Origin: Chlorokybus atmophyticus
Taxonomy: Eukaryota > Plantae > Mesostigma and Chlorokybus algae
Length of the DNA stretch: 64,000 nucleotides
NCBI GenBank assembly: GCA_009103225.1
Contig: RHPI01001715.1
Coordinates: 834,011 to 898,010, forward strand
Reading direction: 5' to 3'
Below, piece after piece: positions 27,233 through 39,408 of this stretch (positions are counted from its first letter, which is position 1; every line of letters begins with the position of its first letter). The translations under genes were made by a program, and so were the position numbers. The notes beneath the pieces are model-generated. The model was not told where the DNA came from and searched no databases. It saw only the letters and a list, made by a program, of their open reading frames with translations.

Positions 27233-30200
27233 TCATTTCTTTGAAGACCGCATGAACATTCTCACAATCCTGTTGTTGGCAATGCCAGAGGACTCCTCAC
27301 CAACCTTGTTTCTCCATGACATCTTGGCAGGCTGAATTTCCTGTTAATCAAGAGTCAAAAGGAACCTCGCATGAGCATCACTGTAGCAATGTTGTGAAAT
27401 GCTGTGCGAACAACTCATGAGCATCAACACATGCTTACTGGCATATTGTCAAAGGCTTTCCGCCAGCAGCGCTGAGCTCTGTTCCAGGCTTTCAGTATGT
27501 CCGCGCTGGTGTGCACGTAAACCACTTGGCGCTTACTTGTGCTCTGCAACATGACAGTGACGAGTTTGCAATTTTCGCCTGCACTCGCTCACTACACTTA
27601 CAAGGTAATCATGTTCTATGCAGGGTATACATCCTCTCTGTCTCTTCACACGTGCACATATGGATGTGTCTGAGTCCAAACATCCACACATGCGTGTGCG
27701 AACAAACAGAGGAAATTGCATACCCTGCTGATTTTGGAGAAGTTGCGCCTGAACGACTTCGCATTGCTGAAATCTTTGACGTCTCTCACCAGAAGTCCCT
27801 GCATGTTGGCCTGCCAAGCAAGACAACTTCATTACACCCATTCCACACACAACGCTCACCACGGTTGGTGCGTGTGTCCCACAAACGCACCTCTCCGTTG
27901 GCAAAAAGTGAGGCCACATCGTGCTGCTGGGGCCCAAAGCCTTTCAGCGGCTCGGGTGCTTCTGCGAGCATGACTTGTATCTTACGCTCACCACCTGGTC
28001 GCGGAGTTGCCGGCAGTGATGTGGACTCCGACACACGCTGCACACGGGTAACGTCTTGTTGTGAAAAATTTTCCTGTTGTGTAGAAGTGATTGAGGACAC
28101 ATTTGACACGCGCTGTTCGCAAGCTTGGTTGCGCTGCTCCAAAGGATTGGCTGCCGGTGTCTCAGACTCTGTTTCCTTTTGCACACTGGGTTCAACCTCC
28201 TGCACAGTGACACACACAAGCTGCTAAATCAAGCCTAGAAGACAGCATGATGATACTGTTCCCGCTGTTTGCTTGTGGCAACATAATGCAATCTGGAATA
28301 CTAGCTGTTGAGATGCAGAGTCTAAACACAAGCAGAGTCCAACAGCATGCAAACATTGTATATAGCCAATGCTGCAGCCACATGCATCGTACCTTGGCTT
28401 GGGACTTCTCAACTTCTTCTGGTTTGTCACTCTGTGCATCCTCTGTGCTGGTGAAGCCGAGTGCAGCCGCAGCTCTGTTGACGCCGTCCTGGACCATGTT
28501 GATGGCCGCATCGAGGACGCTGGGGTTGGATATCTTTGCGGGGTCATCCGGGCAACTGACGGGATCGTCAAGAATCGGCCCAGGTGCCGTGTTTGTGACA
28601 ACTGTGGCATCATCGCCACCTGTGCTCTCCAATGCCACCTGCGGCCTCGACGCGTCTTCTTCTGCACGTTGGTCTCCAGCTGGCACTTCTGTGCGAATAG
28701 GATTGCTGGAAGCTGCAGCAGGCTGTGGCGGTGCAAGAGCTTGCTGCTGTGTCACTTGTGCACTGCCGTGCAAAGCAAATTAGTGTCATCGTTCACTTAA
28801 TTGCAACCACTCCAACGTGTTGGCACGTCAAGCGTTTGCTGAGACCATGTAACATGAACAAACTTTTTCAGGGACGTGAACATACACCACTTGCAGAACA
28901 TATGCGCATGCTTGATAGGACAGGTCGCAGGAGAGACCACTTCGTTCGTTGTGTATGGTGCCGCACTCACTTGGATGTGTTGGTGATTGAAGCGTCCAGA
29001 GGGTCAGAAGGTTCAGACAGCGCAGCAGGCCGCCGCTCGCCAGCTGGCGCTAGACTGCGCCCCTCATCATCTGGTGCTGAGCTGAGCTGCTGGCGAATGT
29101 CGTCCTGCTGCTCTTGACTGATGTAATACTCTGAGTCCGAATCGCTGCTCGCTCCCTCTTCAATGCTGAAGGCCACACAACATACATCAAGCATATAAAG
29201 GTACAAAGGACAGCGAAGTATGTACACTGCTCGCGTAGCACAATGCACACTTACTCAGAGGGTCTTCCTGCCAACTGTGCTTGTTGGCGTGCAGGCAAGC
29301 AGACACACATGCGTGCAAGTGCCCCTCTGATCCCTCCACCGCCTTTCCTCGCGTGCGTGTTTTGAAACTTCGGACCCTCAGCAGGCTCCTGCTTAGCAAC
29401 AGCGTAATGACAAACACGTTTTCCCATGCGTTGCATGACTACTTATGCTGCAAACAGCTGCAGCTATGCTTCGCTTAAACTCAAAGACCTGGTGTAAAGA
29501 TTACCAATTGGGGCAATGGCTAGCCCAGACTGCACGCTCGAGCAAAGCGCGACAACACACAAGCCCACATACACGCATGCATGCTGGTCGCTGTGCAGAG
29601 TGATGTTCCCGCAACCATACCTGAGCAAAGTCTTTGACATCCGCCGGTTGCTGGCCCATGCTTTGACCTTGCTGATGTCCTGCAGCCTGCGTCGGATTTA
29701 TGAGGAGGTCAGAGACTTTGCACTAATGGAAGGTTCAAAGATACTCACCGATGATTGCTAACCCAATCCAACCTGAATGAGCAACAGCCATACTGGCTAG
29801 TGCCAAGAACCCGACACAATACCAAGGAAGGCGCAGTGGCCATCCCCAGAAAATGTGCTGCGTTTGTAAACATGCACACTGCATGCCATGACATGGGATG
29901 GTTGCGTACCTGTTCTTGGACAGCGCTTGACTCTGCTGAGGCAGAATACCCGCTCTCCATGCGCAGGCGCGCAAACTCGTCCTCAGCTGTAGCGGGGACT
30001 GCTTCCACTGTTGTTGGCTGCATTGCCTGAACACTGGTTGTACTCTCTGCCTTTTCAGAACGGACAGCGTAGTCTTTGTACTCCAAGGACACACCCTTCC
30101 TGGACACCACAACCACATTAAGGACCACGCACGAGCGCGCACGTGCACACACACACGCACTTGCACATGCACGGGCGGCTGTTGCAGTGCCTCTAGGTAC

Positions 30201-32357
30201 GATGAACACACCCTTGACTTACTGTGCATCTTTGGATGTAACAGGTTGCGACCGTTTGGCGAGACAGCATTCCCGCACTTTTTTCCACTGCTCAATCACC
30301 TGGCGAAGACAACTTGTAACATGTTGATGGCCATACCATACAAGACCCACACTCAGTATCACAGTAAAGCAACAGCATCGACATCTAACCTGTGGAAGGC
30401 CGTTGTACGTCTCCTGCAGGCTATTAATGACCATTGGTTCCACAAATTTCCTCACGCCCGGAATGTTGACGTCAACTACGCCTTGCAGCACCTGCGATGC
30501 TATATCACTGCCATGTGCTTGCTACAAGTGCAACACATGCTCGTGCACCCGCATGCTGTGATATGTGTAGTAACACATAGTAACATAGCACACCTGCCTG
30601 CACCGGTTTGGACCAACGGGCTCTACTGTCACCTTGCCTTCGACATGAACCTGGCGTGACGGCCGCGTGAGTTTGTGTCACATTGTGCAAAACAGAAAGT
30701 AGCGGAGGCGTAGCAAGCTTTCGGCGCTTACGCGATTCTTAAACACGGGCGGCTCAGTGGAGAATTGCACATGAAAGGAGGAAGCCTGAGCCTGGACTGA
30801 CACGGGCGGGTAGCCTAGTGTGTCAATGAATGCAAAGTCTTGGTTGCCTGCACACCACAACTGTTGAATGCAGCTGTAATGCAAGGCAACATTGTCGGCC
30901 ATTATGAACAAAACACTGTCATAATTGTATAGTACTCACAACATTCCATCTCTCGCCTTACCCAACAGCGCCTGCACAGGTCCCGGCAGCGGTACATTTG
31001 GGACAGTCTTCTTGCGGACCCATCGCACTTTACCGTCATCCCATGCCGCCAGCAAGACAACATCCTTGAGGCCAAGCACCTTGCACTGCAAACAAATACG
31101 TGGTGGTTGGTTGATAGACATTAACTGGCACAGCTTGGCACGCAACAGTGAATAACTTGGCACAGATGAACGGGAGCAGCAGCTGCCTTCAATGAGTCTT
31201 GACTGATCTGTATCTGTACCGGAACTGAAGTCTGTTGTGCATAGTGAAATTGTGCCAGAGGTGAGACCTCGCCACTGGAGCACATACGCACTGTGCACGG
31301 TAGACTTACAACGGTCCGTGTGCGTGGCACACACATGGAATGGCGCTATTGGTTGTAGCCAAGGGAGAAAATGACAGTATTGCAGACAATGTGCCAGCTT
31401 CACATTACAAAGTGACAGCAAGGCACAGCTGCTGTTTTTTTTGTGTGTGTGGGTTGCGTTGGATTGACTTGAGTTGGGAAGAAGCGGCGGGAGAGGGGGG
31501 NNNNNNNNNNNNNNNNNNNNNNNNNNNNNNNNNNNNNNNNNNNNNNNNNNNNNNNNNNNNNNNNNNNNNNNNNNNNNNNNNNNNNNNNNNNNNNNNNNNN
31601 NNNNNNNNNNNNNNNNNNNNNNNNNNNNNNNNNNNNNNNNNNNNNNNNNNNNNNNNNNNNNNNNNNNNNNNNNNNNNNNNNNNNNNNNNNNNNNNGGGGG
31701 GGGGGGGGGGGGGGGATCATTGATTAGGTGACATTGATATTCACGTGCCCTATCGACATATGTTCGTCGCCCTCTACATATAGTTGTAACCATGCGCCGC
31801 TGATGTACTGGGCTGTCTGGCTCGTACTGCGGCATACCCTATAACCACAGCTGTCAGCGCCAAACCAGACACCCGTTCTTCTCTGCTCATGACATTTAGG
31901 GTACGAAATGCGTTGTTCTCTCAACGAGTAGCGGCACAGGTGCCCACAGCCTATGTTCTCGTTGCCTGTTTGCTACTAGTATGATCTTGGTCAAGCATAG
32001 ATAGCCTATACAACTTGCAAACGCTGTTGAAACTCGCGCAAAGTGCATCAACACTCTACCAGCAAGTCGTTGATATTGACAAGCTGGTTATCAACAGCAT
32101 TGGAGACTGCAGCCTGTCATGCATTCGTACATGTCCGGTGGATGGCGAGTCAGCAGCAGCACGTACATGGCAAGCTTAAACATATGCGTATAGTTGTATG
32201 CACAATTGCTTAAGCTCATGCAACCATGCACGCTCCACGCAAGCAAAGCCCATGCACCCCCCCTCACCTGAAGCGCCTGGAACGCCGCTGTGTCCCGCTC
32301 CACGAAGTACGTCCTAGCATCCATGTCGAGAACCGCCTCGACTCTGAAGGGCGCCAT
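27233..32357 (-). CDS. START/SRPBCC (helix-grip, DUF2505-like) domain protein with acidic linker and conserved uncharacterised C-terminal domain, copy B
   Basis: Exons MAPFRVEAVLDMDARTYFVERDTAAFQALQ / CKVLGLKDVVLLAAWDDG...PNVPLPGPVQALLG / FIDTLGYP / VHVEGKVTVEPVGPNRCRQ / VLQGVVDVNIPGVRKFVEPMVINSLQETYNGLPQ ... SSGIANNRIVRMFMRSSKK*. Intron 1 contains a gap. Confidence 0.85.
31501..31695. other. Assembly gap (N run)
   Basis: Run of N bounded by G tracts, inside intron 1 of START-like copy B. Confidence 1.
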
Positions 32358-33379
32358 GGCTCCCCGGGCAACGAGGGCCGCCCCCTCGTCCTCGTCCTCG
32401 TCCTCGTCCTTCTCTTCCGTCGCTGCCTGTGCTACAGCTACCAGCAAGCCACAGGAGCAGCACTCAATGCAGTCTGTACGCTCGCCGATTGTGATTTGGA
32501 GGTCCGAATATCATACCTCTCGCCGATTGCAATAAAATGTCTGTCCGGCGAGATATCGGCGGGATAGGCATTTCCACGTCTGCCGTGTCATGATGCAGTT
32601 GGTCAATCATTGACCAAGACGTGTGTGGCGGAGTTGTACCAGATTAATGTTCGGCATCATGTTCCCAAACAAGCCGCCTGCCGGGTAGGGTAGGGTTGCA
32701 GAGGGATGCGTGCCATAACATGACAACAAAGGAGTTGCACGAATGTTACACCGTGTAACTTGTAACACGGTCCACAAATATTTGAGTAACATCCACTGGT
32801 TTAACAATATTGCAATGGTCTGTACTGATGAGTATTATATAACGCGATGCTTTATCGATTACAACAACTCGGAGCATGCGTTGTGCGATGCTCGTACACT
32901 TGAAGGTTGTATAATGCTATAAGGTTATGTAAGTGTGGGTAATATAAATGTTGATGGTGCATAATATTCATCTTGCTGGTGCAATTAATATGTATAGCGC
33001 TTATCTCGTTGCAGCCGGCCGTTGCAACATGTAGGCTAGAGTTATATTGTCACGCATACAAGGCTGGCAAAAGTCATGCTTAATCCCTTCAAATTATTGA
33101 TGTAAATAGTATCAATCTCAATGGGGGTTTTCAATCTATAAGCATAGATCTGACTGTACTGATAGTGCGATTTGCCACTGTAGTGACAGTTGCAAAGCTA
33201 ATGATGCATGTGGGCAATCCGCAAGTATTATTGTACTATGAGCATATATTTAGTTCCGAACTTCAATAAAGTTCAGAACTTCAACATTGTACCTCTGTGA
33301 GGTAGGATTGTTGCTCCTATGGAGAACTGAGGGAGTTTTATATCAAATGTACGACATTTTCTGTGTTAGACAAATACAG

Positions 33380-33790
33380 CACGCAGTGACAAGGCCTTGA
33401 GGGCCTTTAACATTAATTGTGTCAAGTTGTAAGAGCAACAAGGGGTACATGCACTAGCCTTCGCAAATGCTTAATAGCAACCCATTAAGCGAGCAACCTT
33501 AAATTGGAATTGGAGCCCCTAACACGGTGTGTTCACCACTTGAGGGCCATTTGTGTGTAATGTGCCTAGCTGGTAGCTGTTGAATGGGCTATCCCTCATC
33601 TCTAGTGGGGTGGGGTGGGGTGTGTGTGAGTGTGCCACACTTACCCAACACACCCGGGGTGTGTTAGGTGTGGGTGTGCTTTGGGCTCAAGCTTAGTGGA
33701 GAAGTTGATGATTTTCCTCTCGTCCCCAAGTGCGCTGCTGCGACTTCCCCTGCAGCGTAGTGCTTATGGGACTTCCGCTATAAGTTTTAC
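33380..33790. mobile_element. Possible solo-LTR/TE remnant
   Basis: GC-richer island in AT-rich intergenic DNA with (GGGGT)3, TGTGTGTGAGTGTG and GCTCAAGCTTAG, resembling the U5-like part of the 822-1420 LTR, plus a hairpin at ~33643-33670. No termini or TSD identified. Confidence 0.25.
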
Positions 33791-35894
33791 GCTTTTGCAT
33801 AAGTTTGCCAAGCTCAATCAGCACGTAGGTAATGTTATCGCTGCACATATGGTTACACTTCAAAGCCATTTCATCCAGGCAGTGCACATCGTTGTATCCC
33901 CTGGCAAGGTTGGTATTATTTTGCATGAAGGCGCATGCTATCCATGGATACATGGGGCATCCACATGTTAACGTAACTATCAAATTAATATATTAAAGTA
34001 GCCTTTTAATTATTGCGTATGCTTACATTGAATGTAATTGCAGAACATAAGTCATGTACTGTTGACAAGCCATCAATATTTTTTCAATGCAATGTACATG
34101 TATGTAGTACACATTTCGTGAGTACGCATGACGCATACAAGAATAGTATGATTGAATTGAGACGTCTCATGTACACCACTTTATTGCATGATATGAGCTA
34201 TGCAAACATTAACAATAAACGCAAAATATGATGTGCACTTTAGAAGCACAAGACACTTTTATAAATTTATGTGTAAACATATATACATAATAATGTGTAA
34301 TGCAAGAATCGTGTGATCATAAACCAATTGACAATATTAAAAGAATTTTTGTTCATCTCAACATACCACCGACAAACGTAATTAGCCCTCTGCGTGTGTT
34401 TCATCATTGTCGAAATGAAAACCATACACATGGTTGCAGCAATGCACACAAACCGTTATATGTTCACGTTATGATGCTTTGCAGGATTTATAATTGACAT
34501 TGGTATACTTTAAATGATGAATTACTACAAAGTACAATGGAACGCTTGGAATCGTATAATGACATTCATATGAGCAGCATATTAATTGATTGTATTGACT
34601 CGCGTTGTGCATATTGTATATGCGCACACTGTTGTCGATATGGTAATAGTATAACACGTGATCGCATTTTATTGCATGCGATTGATAACAGCACCCCGTC
34701 GTAACTGCAACTGTATGAAATGAGAAGTTATGATGTAGGAACTTTATCAAAATAGTGTCGTAACGAAATCGCAAATTGAACAGCCACTTAGTTGTATCAT
34801 AAGCGATCGCATGTTATTGCATGGAATTGAAAACGCGAAAACGAATCTCGTCGCAACTTGAAGTGTGCGAAAAGAGACGTCATGTTGTACAAACATCATC
34901 ATAATGCCGTTGCAATAAAACTGAAAATCAGACAATAAAGAACTGCAACATTCAGCAAATTGGAATTGTACATGTTCATTGCTGTAAATGCTTGGTGATG
35001 TATGTATACTTACATCAAATCTACCATGCATTTCAGCGGCAAGGAGCACGTACATGTGCATGCATACGTACCCGCGTACGAAAAAAAAAGTAACCATTTT
35101 ATGGCTAAAACATGACTTAAGACGAGTATTTTAACAAACTATACATTTAACAAGTAAAATGTATGCTCGTATATGTCTGCAATAAAGCATTGTTGCAACA
35201 GCTCTGATAGTTAACCTTAAAGTACACTTTTTTGCTGTGGGTCAAAGCCCTCATGCATGTCACTTGCAACGCCCTCATGATCATTGCTGGTGCCTTGATA
35301 ACTTGTCAGTGTTGTCAATGACAGCAAGAGGGGCATTGGTACATGTGCAAGGAATTGACGCACATTTGGCGCCAGTGTAGGGTGCGCGCGTCAGCGTTCA
35401 AACTTTCGCGTCAGCTGAGGGGCTGACGTGGGAGCCTTGCTCTGACTGCCACCACGGCAGCACACATGCCAGCCAGTCTTACGTGGCTGGTCACAACTCT
35501 CCACCTCAGCCTTCCGAAGCGTCGACTGCTCACGTTCGCCCAGCGCTGTCCGAATGTCTCTCGGCAGCAAGAGGACTGGATACATAACGTGCGGTGGTGA
35601 AACGTTAGGTGTGGGTTCGGCAGTTTTGGACTGTGTGCGAAGTCGTCAGCAGTGCGCAGTCAGCGTTGGACGTGGTGGTGTCGGTTTAGGCGGCGGCGGT
35701 GGTATAGGCGAGGGCGTGGTTCGGGCAGGTTGAGGTGAATTCGTGCTGCTTCGGGCAAGAACGCCAGATCTGGGTGTGCGGGGTACAATTGGGTGGGCAG
35801 TTGCTGTTTATGTGTGCTGCGCAGTAAACAAGTTGTGGTGTGGTCCGGTGTGGTGTATTGTTGGCGCTGAGGTAGGGTTCTAGTGGGTGTCACC

Positions 35895-38107
35895 ATGGTG
35901 GCGGCGGCGTTGGACTTGGGCCTGGTAGAGATTCGGCCTGCTGCTGTTGGTCCTCGTGACAGCCAGCATTTGCGAGGCTCTCAGCTCAAATTGGCGCCTG
36001 TGGGCAAGGTGCTCGTCAAGCACAGCGGCAAGCCCCTCGCCCTTTCTAGCAACCGGTCAAGACCAGGAGTGGTCACTTGCTCCACCTCCTCTTCCACAGG
36101 TTAGTAAGAGCTCTGATACCGTCTGACAATTATATACACCTTGCAATTCAGTTCAAGTATGCTCAATTGCCCNNNNNNNNNNNNNNNNNNNNNNNNNNNN
36201 NNNNNNNNNNNNNNNNNNNNNNNNNNNNNNNNNNNNNNNNNNNNNNNNNNNNNNNNNNNNNNNNNNNNNNNNNNNNNNNNNNNNNNNNNNNNNNNNNNNN
36301 NNNNNNNNNNNNNNNNNNNNNNNNNNNNNNNNNNNNNNCCCCCCCCCCCCCCCCCCCCCTGAGAAAAGCAACAAAAAAGAAGATTGGTTATATTCACACT
36401 CGCACATACCGCACTTTCTCCTCACTCATATTTACCAGCTATGCTTGACCAGAGTACACTGCTTACATCTCGATCTTGCACAGCATCCACTGTTCCCCCT
36501 TCAGCAGTGCGAGTGCCGCGAAGCATACATGACATTGATAATGGCAGCGCTAACATTCTAGGTTACGGCGCTGAACTCGCAGCAGATCATCCTGTAAGTG
36601 CGCATATGCATATGTGCACCTGAGCTGCTGTTTTAGTGTGAGCGTTGGTCTTTTGTTTGTTTGCGCATCATTGCACAGCTCATGCTACCTGCGTGCTTGC
36701 CAATAGGGCTACTTTGATGATGAGTACAAGCGGAGAAGAATGGACATAGTAGCCAATGCTCGCAGTCACAAGATGTAAGTTGGTTGTATGTAAGTTGGTT
36801 GCTTATGTCCGTTTCGGTAAGCACTGTCAAACTCAACAAGACTGTTGTACTTGTGCAGTGGTGAACCGATTCCTGTTGTTGAGTACACGCAAGATGAGAT
36901 CCGCGTATGGGGTCAAGTGCTAGAACAGCTCACACAGCTGTACCCGACGCACGCGTGCACGGAGTTCAACAGATGCTTCCAAATGTTTGACTTCAAGCCC
37001 GACAGGATCCCCCAGTTACAGGTACACGTGCACTGTTGTAGCATTGAACTGTGGAGTCATTTTGTATGCACCAGGGGTACAGAGTTCATTCTTGGGTGCT
37101 TGTGGACGGGTAGATTAAGTGGTTAGAGGTTGTTTGTCCATGTGAACATCTCTATTGGAATCAGCAGCGCACTTTGCGTATGGCTTTTAAGCAGAGTGCA
37201 TTGTAAGAGAAAAGTTCAAGAGATTGGTAGACCATCATCACACATGTAATTAGCTGTCTGTTCAACTCGATTGTTGCGATTGCAGGAGCTGTCAGAGGTG
37301 TTGATGGCACGCACGGGGTTTGCGATCAGGCCGGTTGGCGGTCTGCTACGGCCGCGCGACTTCCTCAACGGCCTGGCCTTCCGCACCTTCCACAGCACGC
37401 AGTACATCCGCCACGCCAGCAACCCCATGTACACGCCGGAACCCGACGTGTGCCACGAGTACGTGAACACTGCACTTGGATTGTTGTGCTTGTATTATCC
37501 TTCACTTTAATGAAAGGCTCTTATGGCGTACCACCCTCGCAGGTTGTTGGGTCATGTGCCTATGCTAGCGGATCCCGACTTTGCTGATGTGGCACACGCC
37601 ATCGGTGTGGCCTCGCTTGGGGCGTCCGATAAAGACATCTGGCATTTAACAAAGGTGTATTGGTACACTGTGGAGTTTGGTGCAGTCCAGGAGGGAGCTG
37701 ACTTCAAGGCGTTTGGTGCCGGTTTACTTTCCTCTTACGGAGAGCTGCGCCACATGCTTGCTTCACCCGATGTGGAGTTTGTTGAACTAGATCCGGCAGG
37801 CAAGTTGCCCAAAATCAGCTACAAGGACGGTTACCAACTCCGCTACTACTACGCGAAAAGCTTTGCTGACCTTGCAATCAAGCTCAAGGCCTATGCGGTA
37901 TGCTCTTATACTTTTGCCTCGATGCCTCATGCCTTAAGGCTCACGTCTCTGCCTTTCGGTTTGGCGACAGCCATATGAACATGCTGTTGTGGACAATGAT
38001 GGGAGTGTCTTACCCTCATTGCCTTGATGTAAATGCAGGCGTCTCTAACAAAAGACTCGGGTCTCCAGCTGCCATCCCTATCAATGCCTGTGCTACAAGT
38101 GTTGTAG
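35895..38107 (+). CDS. PAH: Phenylalanine hydroxylase (aromatic amino acid hydroxylase), plastid-type with transit peptide
   Basis: Ser/Arg-rich N-terminus, [11 protein letters not shown]...[66 protein letters not shown]...[16 protein letters not shown] (Fe ligands), [21 protein letters not shown]. Last exon ASLTKD...QVL*. Confidence 0.95.
36173..36338. other. Assembly gap (N run) in PAH intron 1
   Basis: Run of N bounded by C tracts; flanking exon phases join without needing a hidden exon. Confidence 1.
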
Positions 38108-39408
38108 CTGGACCTTGGACCCCTCCCCCTTCTTCCCCCCTACACACACACATGGTTAGCGTTGCAGCAACATAGTGCTGCTGTAGTAGCCGATTGCGCA
38201 ATTGTACATTAGCATTGATGTTACCTCTGTACAGAGAATAACGACATTGGCAGCTTTGGCTGTACCCCGTGCCTTGGTTGCAACAACCGTGACATAAGCT
38301 GCTTTACTCCAACGTAGCCAACAACCATTGTATAGCTCTATGGGGTGCATGCAGTGGGCATGTATAAGCTGCAATTGTGCTCCATGCATGATAATAGGTG
38401 GGCATGTCTACACTGTATGACATGCATTTATGTGAGCATAGAGAATACACCATCCATGTTTGCAACAGAGTGTACACTCGCCAGCTGTGAGCTTCCTTTG
38501 TATGCATACTGGTTGGATACTAGCAGAGGTGGTCGCTGATCAACCATTGATGCACCACTATGCTAAACAGCACAGTCACACCATGCATGCTGGAACAGCA
38601 GCATACCCCTTTTGTACAATGTGATCGGGGATCATACGCACATCAACACACTTCAGAATGACACACGTATGCAAGGCATTGACTGCATGTGTGTGGAGAA
38701 GTCTTGGCAGTTTACGTACACAACAGAGTCAGTCACTTCTGCAACTGTTGCGCCCGCGACTGCGCTTGCACATAGGGCTTATATTGGAAGGGGAACTGTA
38801 ATGGCATGCAGCACGGCAGCATCAGAAGCGACGGCAGTTGTGCGCGGTTGAGGGTGGCAGCGGGGGGAGTCAGCACGATCTTGGCCATCAGCGTCCTAGT
38901 CGGTCCTGCTCGATACTGACGCTGCCTGCCTATGGACAATGCGCAGGTCAACTGTGACAAAGCATGCCTAGTCTTTGCCTATGCATGCACGCCTGACAGG
39001 TTGGGGCTGTGATTATAGGTAGGATAGTCCAGCTCGGTAGCTGTGCGCTGGCATGAGGTGAGTGTCTGTTGTGTAGTGTAGCTGTGTAGTGTAGCAGAGT
39101 CTTGTGCACAGCACGTGGAACATGTGCAAAGCGCCAGTTGCATGCTCTTGGCATCGTATAGATTATGCACTACATGATGCACTACACAATGTGTTGATGA
39201 TGTGAATGTTGAACATGTTGAACGCGTGCAAAGCATGATGCCATGTGTCGAATCGTGTCTTGAATCTTTATACACGACCATGCTTGATAGCTACAACACA
39301 GCCAAAACTGCTACATTATTCAACGCCGAAAGGATCGCTAAGCACTGCCAAAACCTGCTTGTTAGCCTGCAATAACATGCACTGCGTCAAGGAGCAACGA
39401 AGCCCTCT

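Noticed and set aside
33600-33670. Helitron 3' end (hairpin plus CTAG on the minus strand)
   Set aside because: The hairpin is ~40 bp from the CTAG, and the next base is not the T expected of an AT target site.
35391-35896. Minus-strand ORFs upstream of PAH
   Set aside because: No homology recognised; the region looks like promoter/leader rich in TGACG motifs.
36108-36120. GAGCTCTGATACC, reverse complement of most of a tRNA-iMet PBS
   Set aside because: It lacks the terminal base and an adjacent LTR end, and lies in a short gene intron; probably chance.
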